NCBI GenBank assembly: GCA_951406725.2
Contig: OX597837.1
Coordinates: 15,190,001-15,254,000, forward strand
Source: Octopus vulgaris
Taxonomy: Eukaryota
Direction of reading: 5' to 3'
DNA length: 64,000 nt
The position numbers and the translations under genes are program-made. The notes beneath the pieces were generated by a model. It worked only from the letters and a program-made list of their open reading frames with translations. It was not told where the DNA came from and searched no databases. This document shows, piece by piece, positions 12,097 to 26,944 of this stretch (the stretch's first letter is position 1; each line of letters begins with the position of its first letter).

Positions 12097-14987
12097 TATG
12101 TTAGTTGGGTTGTTTTTTTTTTTAGGACAAAGCCTACTACTGCCTCAGTGGGAATTGAAATCAGAATGTAGAGTTTCGATATTCTAACGATGATCTCCTT
12201 CCACTTCCATAATTATTTAATGAAAGTTGACTCTGAGATGAATCGAACCCAGAGCATTGCGATATCAAACTGACCCATATTAAATCATCGCCGCCCCATT
12301 CAGTCATCACGTCTCTGTTCTTTTCTTCTTCTCCTCCTTTGCCGACCGCCATAAATTTAAAATCTCTATAGAAACTACATCCAAGAGGTGAATATTTTAG
12401 AAAGCGGTAAATGAGAAAATAGGAAGGTGACAAGTTTTATTTGTGCACGCAGGTAAAGGCCCTTTATTCGCTCTCTTTCGAAACCGAGCCCACAATGACT
12501 TCAATAGGAAATTAGATAAATGGATGTAAGACGCCTGTAAAAGATAATGTAGGGAAGTGGCTACGACGGTGACGAATGGCGAGTCAAAAGGTAAATCCTA
12601 TAGATTGAACAGAGCTGAGACCGACATAGAAGTTACACACCTTTAGCTCTTACAAAGAACTAAACGGCTTTTATTAGAGCCTCGGCGATGTTACAGGAGC
12701 CGCACTGACCTCCTAACTTTTATTCTTCTCGCCAAGCAATTGATTTCATTTTCTTGTCTCAGGTTATAACAAATAAGCAAAATAAACTATACCCTGCCCC
12801 CGTCAAGCTATGAAAGCCATTTTAATTTCAGTGACGGCCAACAATGGAGGAGGAGGAGGACATTATAGAAAAATCTTACTGAAGAGGAATCAAAGAGCGA
12901 AGAGAGAGAGAGAGTGTGTGTGGGGGGGGGTTGGAGGTGTTAGGAGATGCGCGCGTGAGTGAGCCTGTGTGCAAACGAGACAGAGAGAAAGATAGGTAGA
13001 TAGATAGAATGCTTGTGTGTGTCTGTGTGCTTGAGTATGAATGGATTGAGGTGTATTTAAGTAAGAGAGAAAAAGACTTGAGTCCCTCTGTGTGTGTGTG
13101 TGAGAGAGAGAGAAAAGGAAGGTGAGCATGGTAGAGAGAAAGAGAGAGATAGGGTGAGTGGATGAGAAAAATCTATTGTGCTTCTCTTGGTGTGAATGGA
13201 GGGGATCAACGTGTGTAACGTCGATCAGTCGATTGTCAATTGATAGCGACATAAAAAGAAAGGAACGTGGTTAACGAGATGATGGTCAGCGGGCGGAACA
13301 GGGAGCAACTAGTGAAGAAAAAAAATGATAATAATACAGCAGCGGCTTAAATGATTTTTCTAACAAAATATTCAAGCATCTTTTCTCCTTTCTCAGATGT
13401 TATTGTTGTTGTTCGCTTCATCTCTCCCTTTTACCGGCCAGTATAAGGTGTTTGGGACATTGTTAAGAAAGCAAAGGTTGCTGATGTAAGGTGAATGGGA
13501 GAAAGAAAGAGAGAGAAATAAAAAAAAAAAAGCTAAAAAAAACCTGAAATGATAAAAAGAAAGAAAAGCAAGCTACAATGGCGGTTCACGATAAAAAAAG
13601 TGGGGGAAAATGAAGCTAATTTCAATATCTAATTAAATTGAAATAAAGTATATGAATGAAAAAGACAGATAAAGATAGAAGAAAGAATCTAGCAAAATTA
13701 TTTCTTAATCTGTAAACAAGATGCTTTATGTAAACGTGTCCAGCCGAGTAGACGTAGATTTGGTACGTGAGTTGATAATGGCGGATTGTAATTTATCGTA
13801 ATGGCTTTAGATATTATCACAGACTCCCTTAGATCTCTAATTGCTTTGGAACTTCGTTTGAAAGAACTGGATTAAAAAGAATACACCCCAACCACACATA
13901 CACAACAGAAGAAAAGAAGATTGTCTTTTGCGTGATTAATGCATTTTGTCGTTTAATTCTTTTTATAAGTTACCTTTTGAATTTAGAAATCAAATAGATT
14001 TGCCGATCCACACAGGTTGGGAAGACGTACAGAGTTTAGGGATAAAAGGATGTCGTGTTGTGGATAAGGTTAAAAATGATAATTGCGATCCCGTTAGTAG
14101 CCGTGAAAGGAAATTAGTAATAAATAGAAAAGATATTTTACAATGACACTCGAAAGAGAACAGGGTGCAAAGTTGATCTGACTGAAGTTCGAGTTTTTCC
14201 TTTCAGAAAGACCGACAGGGAAAAACAAAATTAAATGAATAAACGAGATGAGTTTGTAATCATGCAACAAAGATCACAGAGGAGGACAAATAGATTTATT
14301 TACAACAGTGAAAATAAATATTCTTAGATCACTATTAAGAGAACTGATCACCAACAATTTCGTTTTAACCCTTTGTCTCTCCAAAACATTTTCACATGTT
14401 TGTCCAAAACGTCCATGTTTGTCTTCAGACTTTCAAAAGCCCTTGTTTCATACGTTCTCTGTAAACTTTCCTTTTAGAAGTCCCAAGTTACTCTGATGGA
14501 GTTGAAAAAAAAAAAACGGGAGTGAGCATCGGAGATAATGCATGAAGGCCAGAGAAATATGTCCTGTAAGATCAGTGCTTCTCAAACTATCTGATGTAGC
14601 GTCTGTCTTTATGTTGTGAGTTCAAATTTGGCCGAGGTCGTTTTTGTTTTTCATTCTTTCGGGGTCAATAAAATAAGTACTAGTTGTGTATGCCAACGGA
14701 GAGATTCGGCAGCACCTCGAGTGACTGAGCAGCCTTTTTCAGGAAAAGCGATACTTACCTGTGAATCAAGAAGCATCTAGAAAAGGTAGTTTAGAAAAAA
14801 AAATCCTGCCTACTTCTGAAAGTGGCTGGCATCCCCGCGGCAGCAGATGTCTCCCCTTTGCGATCCATTGTAACATCAAGAAAATTAGAACTTTCCAAGA
14901 AAGGGTCTATGACCGAAGCACGGAATCGACCCATCGGTGCCCTTCCACACTGCCAAATGTTATCCACAACATCGTCTTGAGATTATA

Positions 14988-15210
14988 ATGGTTTCTGCTT
15001 TTACCACAAGACCAGCAGTTTTAGTGGGAGGGAGAAAGTCGATTACATCGACCCTAGTACTTGACTGGTACTTTATTTTATCGACCCCGAAAGGATGAAA
15101 GGAAAAGTTGGCCCCGGCGGAAACTGAACACAGAACGTTACGAGACGAAAGAAATACCGCTAAGCACTTTGTTTGCAACTCGAACGATTCAACCAAGCTC
15201 GCCGCCTTAT
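14988..15210 (-). mobile_element. tRNA-derived SINE family B (aaggcggcgagctggcagaatcgttagc...gagttcaaattccgccgaggtcgactttgcctttcatcctttcggggtcgataaa)
   Basis: Many copies: ~14600-14690, 21495-21705, 22990-23200, 23345-23545, 24610-24810, 30100-30490, 57710-57925, 58038-58215, 59710-60210. Confidence 0.75.
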
Positions 15211-15404
15211 CCCCAGATTAACGATTCAACCAAGCTCGCCGCCTTATCCCCAGATTAACGATTCTACCAAGCTCGCCGCCTTATCCCCAGATTAACGATT
15301 CAACCAAGCTCGCCGCCTTATCCCCAGATTAACGATTCAACCAAGCTCGCCGCCTTATCCCCAGATTAACGATTCAACCAAGCTCGCCGCCTTCTCCCCA
15401 GATT
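15183..15404 (+). repeat. 37-bp tandem minisatellite, 6 copies
   Basis: Unit aacgattcaaccaagctcgccgccttatccccagatt starts at 15183, 15220, 15257, 15294, 15331 and 15368. Confidence 0.95.
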
Positions 15405-15941
15405 TTTAAAGAAGACATTTTCCAAAGGACCGCGTAATTGGGTCAAACTCCAAACCAACGAATTACCAGGCGAAATTTCTTGACCACACAGCCATCCACA
15501 CCGGCGCTTGGTTAAAAAAAGAAAACATTACTGCCAAGTACTGATATATTGATATTCACAAGCAGCGCAGATAGATTTTAAAATCTCTCTAGAAATTAGC
15601 AAATTCATATTCGTCTGGGAACATCGTTTGGAGATTAAAGAACGTTAACATTAAGACATTGAAATGTCAGGAAATGTCACGAAGGTTGTTCAGTTAATAA
15701 TAACAAAGATGTCGTCGATACTGTTTCAAATACATCAATACTTATTCCGTTACGACGACATTTTCGATATTTGTAGGCTTTGAATGTTTATCAATTTCTT
15801 CTGGCATCACATATTGACTTCTTACAAATGTTAAGGAATTGATGATGGTGGTGGTCACGGCTGAAAGGGAACGTCAATGAAAAACATGAAAATAAATAAA
15901 TAGAATTAAAATATGAAATAAATAAAAAATATCTATCTGAC

Positions 15942-16066
<125 letters not shown>

Positions 16067-16182
16067 TATATAAAATTAATTAAGGGTAATTGATATTTAT
16101 CAATTAAGACCAGTGGTCTAGCATATTAAAAAGAATCCGAAGATTAAAATATTTATATATACCAATATATTTATATATAAAA

Positions 16183-16236
<54 letters not shown>

Positions 16237-19193
16237 GATTGATAAATGAAAAATCAGATGACATCGAAGAAATTCAAATTGAATACGAAACTAAATATCA
16301 AGTTGAATTCAGAATCTAACGGATGTGTCAGCTCTGCTTGATCCAACGTGATATCTCCAACTTCTGGGGGTCCTCATTGTCTCTGTGACCCCGGTGACCC
16401 CGTCCCTAACCCCACCTTAGGTTTTAACCTGCACAATTCCCTTATAAACAGTTTAAAAAGTTTTTTCTTATCAATTTTTTAAAATTATCTTTTACTTGTG
16501 TCATTCATTGTGCTGCGGCCATCCTAAGGCACCATCTTGAAGGGTTTTGTCGAACAGATCAATCTGAGTAATTATCTTTAAAGTCTGGCACGATTTCTGC
16601 CACGTCCAGACACATACTACGGGCTTCCACACAGCTTCCGTCCAACAAATTCACTCGCATGGTTGCAAAGCGGAATTCTTAACCACACAGCAATGCCTTT
16701 AAAATCTAGCGACACTCTTGGTCATCTGTGATCGTGTAGATCGAAAGCATTCTAGCCATAACTCTGCCGTCTTTCTACGTTGTCTAATGTGTCCTGCCAG
16801 CATTAAAGACTGATGTTGAGTTGAGAGAGAGATCTGGTTACTATCTCTAGCATATAGATGCTCCAGGGATGGCCCATTGCAAGGGAGACAAATGTTAGAG
16901 TCTTCTCCCTTGCAATTGTTTCATAATTAAGACATTACAAAAGGAACCGTAAAATTATTTGGAATTCTTTTGTAATATTTACAATAATAGGAATAGATGA
17001 TGTTGACGTCTCGTTTTAGAACGGTGACTCATGAAGCAGATAAAACTCTTCGACTTTTGCAATCCAAAGAGCTTTTAAACCCAATATTTACACATTCTTA
17101 ATTATAGCTTTATCTGCTACAAGCTTCATCGTTCCCCCAAAAGAAGTTCATTTATTTCCCCTGTATTTCACGTTTTATTTGAAGATAAACACATCTCAGT
17201 CTTCACAGCTGAAGTATATCTTTATCGAACACCAAATTGGTCGAATCTCAACTTATAAATCGAGGAATCGATCCACTGAAGTAGGATTTCAAAGTTTTAA
17301 GCAAAAATAGAAATGCTGAACCTTTTCTCAAGTTCAAAATAGAGAATCACTTTTTCTAAAATAATACCGAAAATGAGTTAAACATTCCGAGTAGAACTGA
17401 AATTGGTTTTAATCTCCGAAGTAAACAAAATGTTTTAAAGCTGTTCTGTATTTTTAGCAGACACAAAACATGAGACGAGAAGAACAGGTCGAAAGCAGAA
17501 GGAGAATGCCTCCATTCAGTCGTAGGACATTTCGAAAATGAAGGGCGAAATCTAATCTCATTTTACACAAACTGGTAGTGATGGTGGTGGAGGTGATGGT
17601 TAGAAGTAGGGGAGGCTGTTGTGGTGGTTGTTGTTGTGGTGCGGTGCAAGTGTTGCTGTTGGTAGTAGTGGTGATGGTGTAAGGTGGTAGTAGTGGGGGG
17701 GTGTTGGAGCTAGTGTCGGTGGTGGCTGAGGTGGTTGGGTGGTGATTGTGTGGGATGTAGTGGTTGTGTGGTTGTCGTGATGGCGGCAGACAATCTTTTC
17801 GATGGAAAGAAAGAAGTACTCTCTCTCACTCTCTCTCTTTCCCTCTCTCTCTTTCCCTCTCTCTCCCTCCCCCCCTCTCTCTTCTCTCTCTCTCTTTCCC
17901 TTTCTCTCTTTCCCTCCCTCCCCCTCCCTCCCTCCCCTCTCTCCCTCCCTCCCTCCCTCCCCATTTCTCTCTCTTTCTCTCCCTCCCTCTCTCCGTCTCT
18001 CCCCCTCTCCACTCTTTCTCTCACTTTCTCCCTCCCCCCCTCTCGTTTATTTTCCAAATTACTGATATTATTTGTCGGTCGCATGAAATCGTCACCGTTT
18101 TTCGTTGGCTGCGAATTTGGATCCAGAATGCACAAAACGAGAACGGACCCATCAAAGAATGCTTCAGTGGAATAGTTTCACCAATTCCCAGCCTTGCATT
18201 GGTACTTTGCTTTTAATGCGCCTTGTAAAACGAAGTCGAGATCGATAAGATCCGAACGCAGAGCGCAGAGGTTCGGAAAAATACCACAAGGCACTCCAAT
18301 AACACTCCAATAACTCAGTCAGTTCGCCTCATGGCTACCGTCTTCAAAAATAGAAATCACATTGAGAAAATGTCGGGTGGATCACAGCCAGAATCCTGTT
18401 TGCTGTTGGTTTGTCCGATTACTTGGGGCTAAAAATATAAAATGTTTTTCTTTACTAGTCTCGTTTCGATTACAAAAGTACCTTCGCAAAATATATACAG
18501 CTTGTGACAAAAATCTTATAAAAACAAAACTGTTAAAACGGATAAATTCTGATTCATTTTAAATTCATCAAATAAATTTTTTTTTAATATGAAAAAAAGT
18601 AAAAATTAGGAATAATTCAAGGGAAATAACTCGAAATATTCGTTCAAATATTATTGGAAAGTTTTAGTGGAAGGGAGGTAACTGATGAATGCCTCACGGT
18701 CGTTTAAATTTTGCTTTCCTTCAGAGTAAAATTTCGGATATATTTTTCATGATTGTATATATTTGAATATATATATTCATGCATATACATACATACATAC
18801 ATACATACATACATGAATACGCAAACACAAGATAAAACACACACACACGCGTACGCACGCACACACGTATGCATATTTTATACACGTAATGCCGTTGATG
18901 GCATATCAGATATTTTCCCCTAAATTTCTCGAAAATTACTCCGAGTCCCCTTTTAAATACGTCAAGAACCATTTTCGTGAATGTGCGCCGCTGAACTTGG
19001 AATGTCTCGAATTTTATGCCATCAAATACACACATTCTCTCTCTCTCTCTCTCTCTCTCATTCTCTCTCTCTCACTTTCACTCTCTCTCTCACTCTCACT
19101 CTATCTCTCACTCACTCTCTCTCTCGCTCCTTCTCTATCTATCTCTTTTTCTCTCTCCCTGTATATACATGATGTCTGTATGGTGGGTGTAAA

Positions 19194-19310
<117 letters not shown>

Positions 19311-19667
19311 CCATTCCTTTATTCTTTGGTCGTCCTGTTGTCACAAACGTTTTCTTCTGTTTCCAGTCTTTCGGCAACACGTGACGTCACACAAACTGAT
19401 GCAACCGGCGATGCTACGGATGGACGGACGGATCAGAAACTTTCGATTCAGCGTTTTCGTTCAGGCAACCGATTTTTGATTGCCTCAACGAACGACGAAC
19501 AACGAAAACCGCGAATGTAAGAATCCAGAAGTGAAAATAAAATAAAATAAAATAAAATAAAATAAACATGAGTGTCTGCGTTGAAATTATTTTTGTTTAG
19601 TGTCAGACGTTCCATCAGTGACCGTCTCGTCTTTGTTTCCCGATTATATTATTCAATAGAGGAGAAA

Positions 19668-19892
19668 AGGAGGAGGAGGAGGAGGAGGAGGAGGAGCAGA
19701 AGAAGAAGAAGAAGAAGAAGAAGAAGAAGAAGAAGAAGAAGAAGGAGGAGGAGGAGGAGGAGGAGAAGAAGAAGGAGAAGAAGAAGAAGAAGAAGAAGAA
19801 GAAGAAGAAGAAGAAGAAGAAGAAGAAGAAGAAGAAGGAGAAGGAGGAGGAGAAGAAGAAGAAGAAGAAGAAGAAGAAGAAGAAGAAGAAGA
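19668..19892. repeat. (AGG)n/(AAG)n compound microsatellite
   Basis: Direct reading; source of the poly-Arg pseudo-ORF. Confidence 0.95.
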
Positions 19893-20720
19893 ATGAGTGT
19901 GGTGTTTCCTTCTTGTGTGGTGTTGTGAATGTTATGAGGTGCCGATGATGTGTTGTGAGTTACGTCTTGCGTTGAGTGACTCGTGTTGTGTGTCGTGTGA
20001 TTTGTTGTTTGATTTTGTGGTGTTCTGTGTGTGGTGTTGTATTGTGCTGTGATAAATATGTGCTGCGGGTTGCGTTGTATAACATGTAATGGATGTAATT
20101 ACAACTTGTGGAGCAGCGATAACGAATTCTCTGTTCTACAAACTCCGTCTGCAGAGAGTAAACAAAATGGATACAAAAAAAAAAAGCACCAAAAAGGAAC
20201 CGTCAAGGTAATCGATGGCTGTCCGACAGGTTTATGGTTGAGCCGTCACCAGTTGAAACCTCCGGACCATATCCCTGCTCACTGCTATCGAGACGGAGAT
20301 TGATGTCCGCCAGGGTACGCCTTATGGGTGAGAGTGGCCGTTCCAGTGTTCCAGTCAGAGTGGCCATCCTCCTGGACAATGCTTTTCCCATTTTGTCGGC
20401 TGGGTCCATGGCTCTCGGCAAATACGATCTCCGTGGGTCAGAGGGGCTGTTCCCGCGCTTCTCCCTCGCTATCCCCCGGGCGCGACGCCTTTTCCGTTTT
20501 GTCTGCTGGTGCCATGAGAAATGTTTCTATATTGCAAGGAAGGAACACAGGATTACGAAATAATATGTAAATGTATGTAACTTGCAAGTAATACAATGGG
20601 CAGAGTCGTAAAACGAAACCGGCTGGGGTGGGGTTCCTCAAACGTGGTCTTTGTATTATAAGCAGCTGAGGTATGTGGCGGATTTTCAATCAGCCGTGCG
20701 GCCATTTACAACACCAGAAG

Positions 20721-21114
20721 CAGCGCTGGATTAACCATTAAGTAGAATATACACGTCCTTAGGGCATTACGGGAAGTGGGGACACCATAGAAATGGGAAA
20801 TGGTTTACAGCACAAAAGGAAATCAAACTTACGAAAATAATATTCCAATTGGGTTTATATGATCGGGAATATAATTTCCAAGTATTCATAGTATCGCAGT
20901 GAGGATTTGATCAAAGACTTTGCATTAAGAAAAGGAGAAACTTCTTAAATATAAATAAATAAACATTATTTGCCATCTTAATTTAGTTTCATTTCCTTTT
21001 GAAAAACACAAAGATATTTTATGCTTTATTATTGTTTATATTTTGAATTACAAATATAAGGGGACACCAAAATCTTAAGTGCTTAGGGCCTCTATGGGTC
21101 TTAATCCTGCCCTA
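20721..21114. mobile_element. hAT-like MITE (CAGGGCCGGATTAA-type ends)
   Basis: Imperfect TIRs cagcgctggattaa / ttaatcctgccct, with internal cttagggc repeats. Confidence 0.6.
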
Positions 21115-21404
21115 GTCAGAGGTGACCAATTCTTTTTTGAGTAAGTGGTTGGCTGTGAGTAAGCACCATTGAAAAGGCCCCAAAAGGCCGAAATGCATCT
21201 GGTGTTTTCGCTGACCTTGCGACCTTGCTGGCAGGAATTTTCGACTCCTTCTGACACGAGCTGTATTTTGAACACAGAACGACCATAAGAGATGTTATCT
21301 CAGGACTAATACTACAGTCACTGGCCTATCGACAGTGTATATACATTATTTATGACACACAGATAGCTACTTTAATTTGATACTGCCTCAATTGCGTATA
21401 CCGG

Positions 21405-21440
<36 letters not shown>

Positions 21441-21844
21441 TCAGGCCTACCTGCATAATATATGCACACATACATACACATATATATAGTAATAATGGTT
21501 TCAAATTTTGTCACAAGGGCAGCAATTTTGGAGGAGGGGACAAGTCAATTACATCGACCCCAGTGTGTAACTGGTACTTATCTTATCGACTCCGAAAAGA
21601 CAAAGCCGACGTCGGTGAAATTTGAACTCAGAACGTAAAGACGAGCAAAATACCGCAAAGCATTTCGTCCAGCGCGCCAACGATTCTGTCAGTTTGCCGC
21701 CATTTATGCCAACTCGAATAAAGACATATATATGTATACATATACATGTATACATGTATACATATACATATACATGTATACATGTATACATGTATACATA
21801 TACATACACACCTCATACATCGTATATAGATACATGCACACACA

Positions 21845-22058
21845 TCTTTTATCTTTTACTTGTTTCAGCTATTAGACTGTGGCCATGCTGGGGCAACGCC
21901 TTCAAGAATTTTAGTCGAAAGAATCGATTTCAGTACTTATTGTTTTCAAGCCTGGTATTAATTCTATCGGTCTCTTTTGCCAAACCGCTAAGTTTCGGAG
22001 ACGTAAACACACCGATACTTGTTATCAAGCGATGGTAGGGGACAAACACAGACACAGT

Positions 22059-22148
<90 letters not shown>

Positions 22149-22345
22149 CACACGTACGCATGCTCACATGTACATACACTACAGGCTTCCGCACAGTTTT
22201 CGCCTTCTAAATTCAGTTGCAAGGCACTGGTCAGTGGGAAGCTATAACAGAAGACACTTGACCAACATGCCGCGCCGTAGGACTGAACTCAAAACCACAC
22301 GGGTTGCAAAGCGAGTACCTTAACCACACATCCACGCCTGCGCCT
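21845..22345 (-). mobile_element. Near full-length SINE family A with internal (CA)n
   Basis: Reverse complement of the 43336-43755 copy, including the ccagcatggcc...tgaaacaagtaaaaga tail. Confidence 0.8.
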
Positions 22346-22667
22346 CCACCAGTCCATCATGTTTCCTCTCACGACATTAAAACCGTTAATCGCTCCCGTA
22401 ATAATCCGACAATCCAAATGATTAATTGCTGGTGAATGTCGTCAATAAAATGAAGAAAATGGCGGTAACGATGTCTGTCAGCGGAGCGCCTTCATCGAAG
22501 TGTCTCCATCGTCAATAAAACCATTTAGATACGTTTTATGAGTTGACAGACGGACGCAGGGGATGGGCCCGGATGGTTTACGGTATCTTCTTTAAAGGGT
22601 CACATTTCCAAGTCCTTTTTTGGGGATTAATCACAAACGTAACGACAGCGGTATCCTCGCTTAGTGG

Positions 22668-22763
<96 letters not shown>

Positions 22764-23225
22764 AAGAGAGAGAGAGCGGAAAGCTTCTTGGGAAGTAGGG
22801 CATCAAATTAGCAAATTAGTCTCAGACACTGGCCTTCGTCTGGACGTTTGCAATACTGTGCACCCTGGTAAAGGCACACTAGGGTACCGATTAGTGGGGT
22901 TAAATCTACCAGTCACAATAGTTTCAAATTCTAGCACAAGGCCAGCAATTTGGTGGGGGCGGGTGGGGGGGGGCGTCGATTTTGCCTTTCGTCGAGCTGG
23001 CAGAATCGTTAGCACGCCGGGCGAAATGCTTAGAAGCCTTTCGTCTGCCGCTACGTCCTGAGTTCAAATTACGCCGAGGTCGACTTTGCCTTTCATCCTT
23101 TCGGGGTCGATAAACTAAGTACCAGTTACGCACTGGGGTTGATGTAAGCGACTGTCCCCCTCCCCAAATTTCAGGCCTTGTGCCTATAGTAGAAAGGATT
23201 ATTATTATTGTTGTTGTTGTTGTTG

Positions 23226-23301
<76 letters not shown>

Positions 23302-24827
23302 CAGTAGTAGTAGTAGTAGTAGTAGTAGTGATGTGTTTCGATAAAGTGATTTGAGTGTCGGACAAAATGCCTCCAGGCTTTTAGTTACGGCCGTTTAATA
23401 TCTCAGTTCAAATCCCACTGAAGTCAGCCTTGTCTTTCGTTTTTGTGGAGTCGTCTAAATAGAGTTCCAGCCAAGCATCGGGGCCGATTGGATCGACCAA
23501 CCCCTGCCGCCAAATTTGTGGCCCTTGTGCCTGTATTAGAATCAATTATTTATTTCTGTTACGTTGCAAAAAAAAAAAGACTGAATCTTTCTTCGGATTT
23601 TCTCCTCTCACATTCCCAGCTGTTCGTTTCCCGTTGGGCTGACGTCTTCAAGGGTGAAATGTCTTTACAGGATAAAAGTGATTATTGTGTTTTCCCCCGA
23701 CCGAAATACGAAGACATTTCCAGTAAGCGGTGTCAGACATCACAACTTGAGATGGTTGAGATATACAAGAACGAACTCGTCGCTCCCTTCGACAATAAAA
23801 TCTGGGCAACAGAAGATATTGTTTTTAGATATGGGACAAGAACCTACGGCTCGTATGTCCGTTTATTTAAACATTTGACTGGCAAATAATGTTTGTTTAT
23901 TCCCGGCGTTTGTCATTAGTAGCAACAGCTAAAAGCTGTTACGTCGTCTATTTATCGCCATTCTAATTAGTCTCCATTTTAGCTGTACAACACATCGTCT
24001 CTTTTTTTTTATCTTGACTGCATGTAGCTCTTAAAGGCTTGTTATCTAATTTCCTCAACAGCAATCTGGGTGGTCCCAGACTTTTGAGTTCAATCTTCTA
24101 TATCTCTTTTCAAGCCTTTTGTGTAAGGATTCACTGAACCAAACGACCCAAGTCGCAAAGAAAAACAAAACGAAATAAAATCAAATAAAATGCAATAACA
24201 ACTCCGTCCATTTTTTTTTTATCGAAACTTTTATGGACATTAAAAAAAAATATAATAAATGGAAGTTTTCTTTCGTTTCTGTTGATGGATATTTAATGCA
24301 TTTCACTTGCTTTGACTGTTTTCCTCATTTTCTCGATCCAAATCTTGTTTACTAAAAACACCCTCGAACAGAGTTGAGGTTATCTTATTAATAGTTTTGA
24401 TACGCCTCGTTGGTGGTCATCAGTCCATATTAGATTCATGTAACTCTTTAAAGTGTGTTTTACTTTATGACTGCAAGTATTGTATTTCCCGCCGCTCTTT
24501 TCAGCTCTTGTGTTCCATGTCAGCCAGTGTAGATCTTGGCGGGGTTTATAGCCTACACTCGAATTTACTCCCGTTCGTCCGGCCCTTCTTTATTTCTTGT
24601 TATAAAACCCATTTCTGCTTTCGGCACAAGGCCTGTAAATTTTGTGGGAGAGAGCCAGACACTTCGATTTCAGTGCTTCACCGATACTCAGTTTATGGAG
24701 CCTGGACGGTAAAGTTGACCTTGGCGGCGGAATATGAACTCAGAATATAAGGACGGATGAAAAGCCGCTAAGCATTTCGTCCGGCCTGCTAACGATTCTT
24801 CCAGCTCTCTGACTTAACAATAATAAC

Positions 24828-24887
<60 letters not shown>

Positions 24888-24959
24888 TCTGTTATTTGCC
24901 ATGAGGAGTCAGTACAAAGACAGACATTAAATGTGGGGGTTTGCATATAATGAAATGGG

Positions 24960-25027
<68 letters not shown>

Positions 25028-25052
25028 ACTTTCTTATCTATCTATCTATCTA

Positions 25053-25152
<100 letters not shown>

Positions 25153-25774
25153 TGTATGTATATATAAATGTATGGAAATTATACTCAGTGAGACAGAGAC
25201 GGGAAGCATGCATAGTATACAATAGCAAAATAAAATGAAATGAAAGGAGGAGGGGGCATGATGACAGTGATGTTGTCCTCCTAACACAGGAGGACCTCTG
25301 GGGATAATCGAGGAACCCCTCCGTCCAAGATCTCCCCGAATGCCAAGGTCAGCCGTCCTCTCCAATTCCCCTTCTCTCACTCACACGTCTATCTATGCTG
25401 CCATTTCGGCAACTTTCAGCCACCCATCTTTTAATAAATTCATTTCAGGACAGCACCTCCCCCTCCACTTTCTGAAACAAGTAAAATATAAAAAGATTCG
25501 TGGGTCATTGACAACCTCAGGTGTAATGGCGTCTCTCGTAATCCGAGAAAATTATGCTTCTGCAATTTCTTGCTGAATGACCTACACAAACGGTTTGCTT
25601 ATCGTGACCAAATTGGATGAAGTGTTTTGTCTCAAGAACACAATGTACTGCCTGGTCCAGGAATCGAACTCTCAATCTGTTGATCGTGAGTGCAACACCT
25701 TATTGACTAGGCCACGCGCCCTCACTCAACGTCAAACAGTGCAGAAAAAAAGAAAAACATAGATCATCACTCAC

Positions 25775-25844
<70 letters not shown>

Positions 25845-26944
25845 ACAGTGTTAACGCTTTGCCTTTCATTCGGCCAACCGGAAGTCGATGGCGAATACCT
25901 GATTGCTGTAAATACAGCAATCAGATGAGCGTTTAATCTGTTTATTCATCGAAGTAAATCGACGATGTTCTGCTCGAGTGAACACAGCCATCGACCACGG
26001 CTACTGAAGCGCTTCAGGCATTTCATTATGAGTCTCACCTCATAATCAATTCCGTCATGCAACATGGAGGTCGTCTGCAAAATTATGCGCTCATTTCTTT
26101 TCTTTCTCTTTCCTTTTTTTTCTTTCCTTTTTATCCCCAAAATATTAATATCTTTTTGCTTTTGTCATTTTGGAAACTTTTTTTTGTCACAGTCGAGTAA
26201 TTTTAGAGTACATTTTATTTTATTTTTTTTCCTTTTTTGTTCTGTGTTATTCTTATGCATTCGTTACGTAGAAAGGTCGACAGACATAATCGCCGTCGCT
26301 CCTCCTCGCTTTTCTTCTTTCGTTTTTGATCTTCATTCATCACGAACTTCATTCATGTTAAAAAGAGAAATTAGTTTATATTCAACTCCTTTTCTCGGAG
26401 TTGAATATTAATTACACCACCACCACCACCACCAACACCAACACCACCAACATCACCACCACCACCACCAACACCAACACCACCACCACCACCACCACCA
26501 CCACCACCACCACCACCACCATTATTGAAGACATCGCACAGTATCCAATATTGTGATGTAGATGGAAGTTATTGTACGTACCGGGCTTTTGTGCTGTCAA
26601 GTCACAACGAAGACGTCAGAGAGTACTTCACGCAATATGCGTGCAATTCCAAGCGAGGCCGATTTTCGCAATACATTTTTCCATATTTGTCGACCTTTTT
26701 CTCTTTCTTTCGTGATAATATGTTGATCTCCTGACACTACCAGGTTGTGTGGGATTCCTCGGTTGTCCGCGTGAGGAACTACCCCCTTTTGGGGAACTTT
26801 TATTGTTTCTTTTGTTAATTGTTTTATTTGTTGCTTATTGTATACACGGATTCCCTATTCCAGAAGAAAAGGGTGTAATAACATTATTTTGAAGGTCGCA
26901 CTTCTCTTCTTGAAGGGGGTACGTGTCCCTCAGGCTCCATCCCC

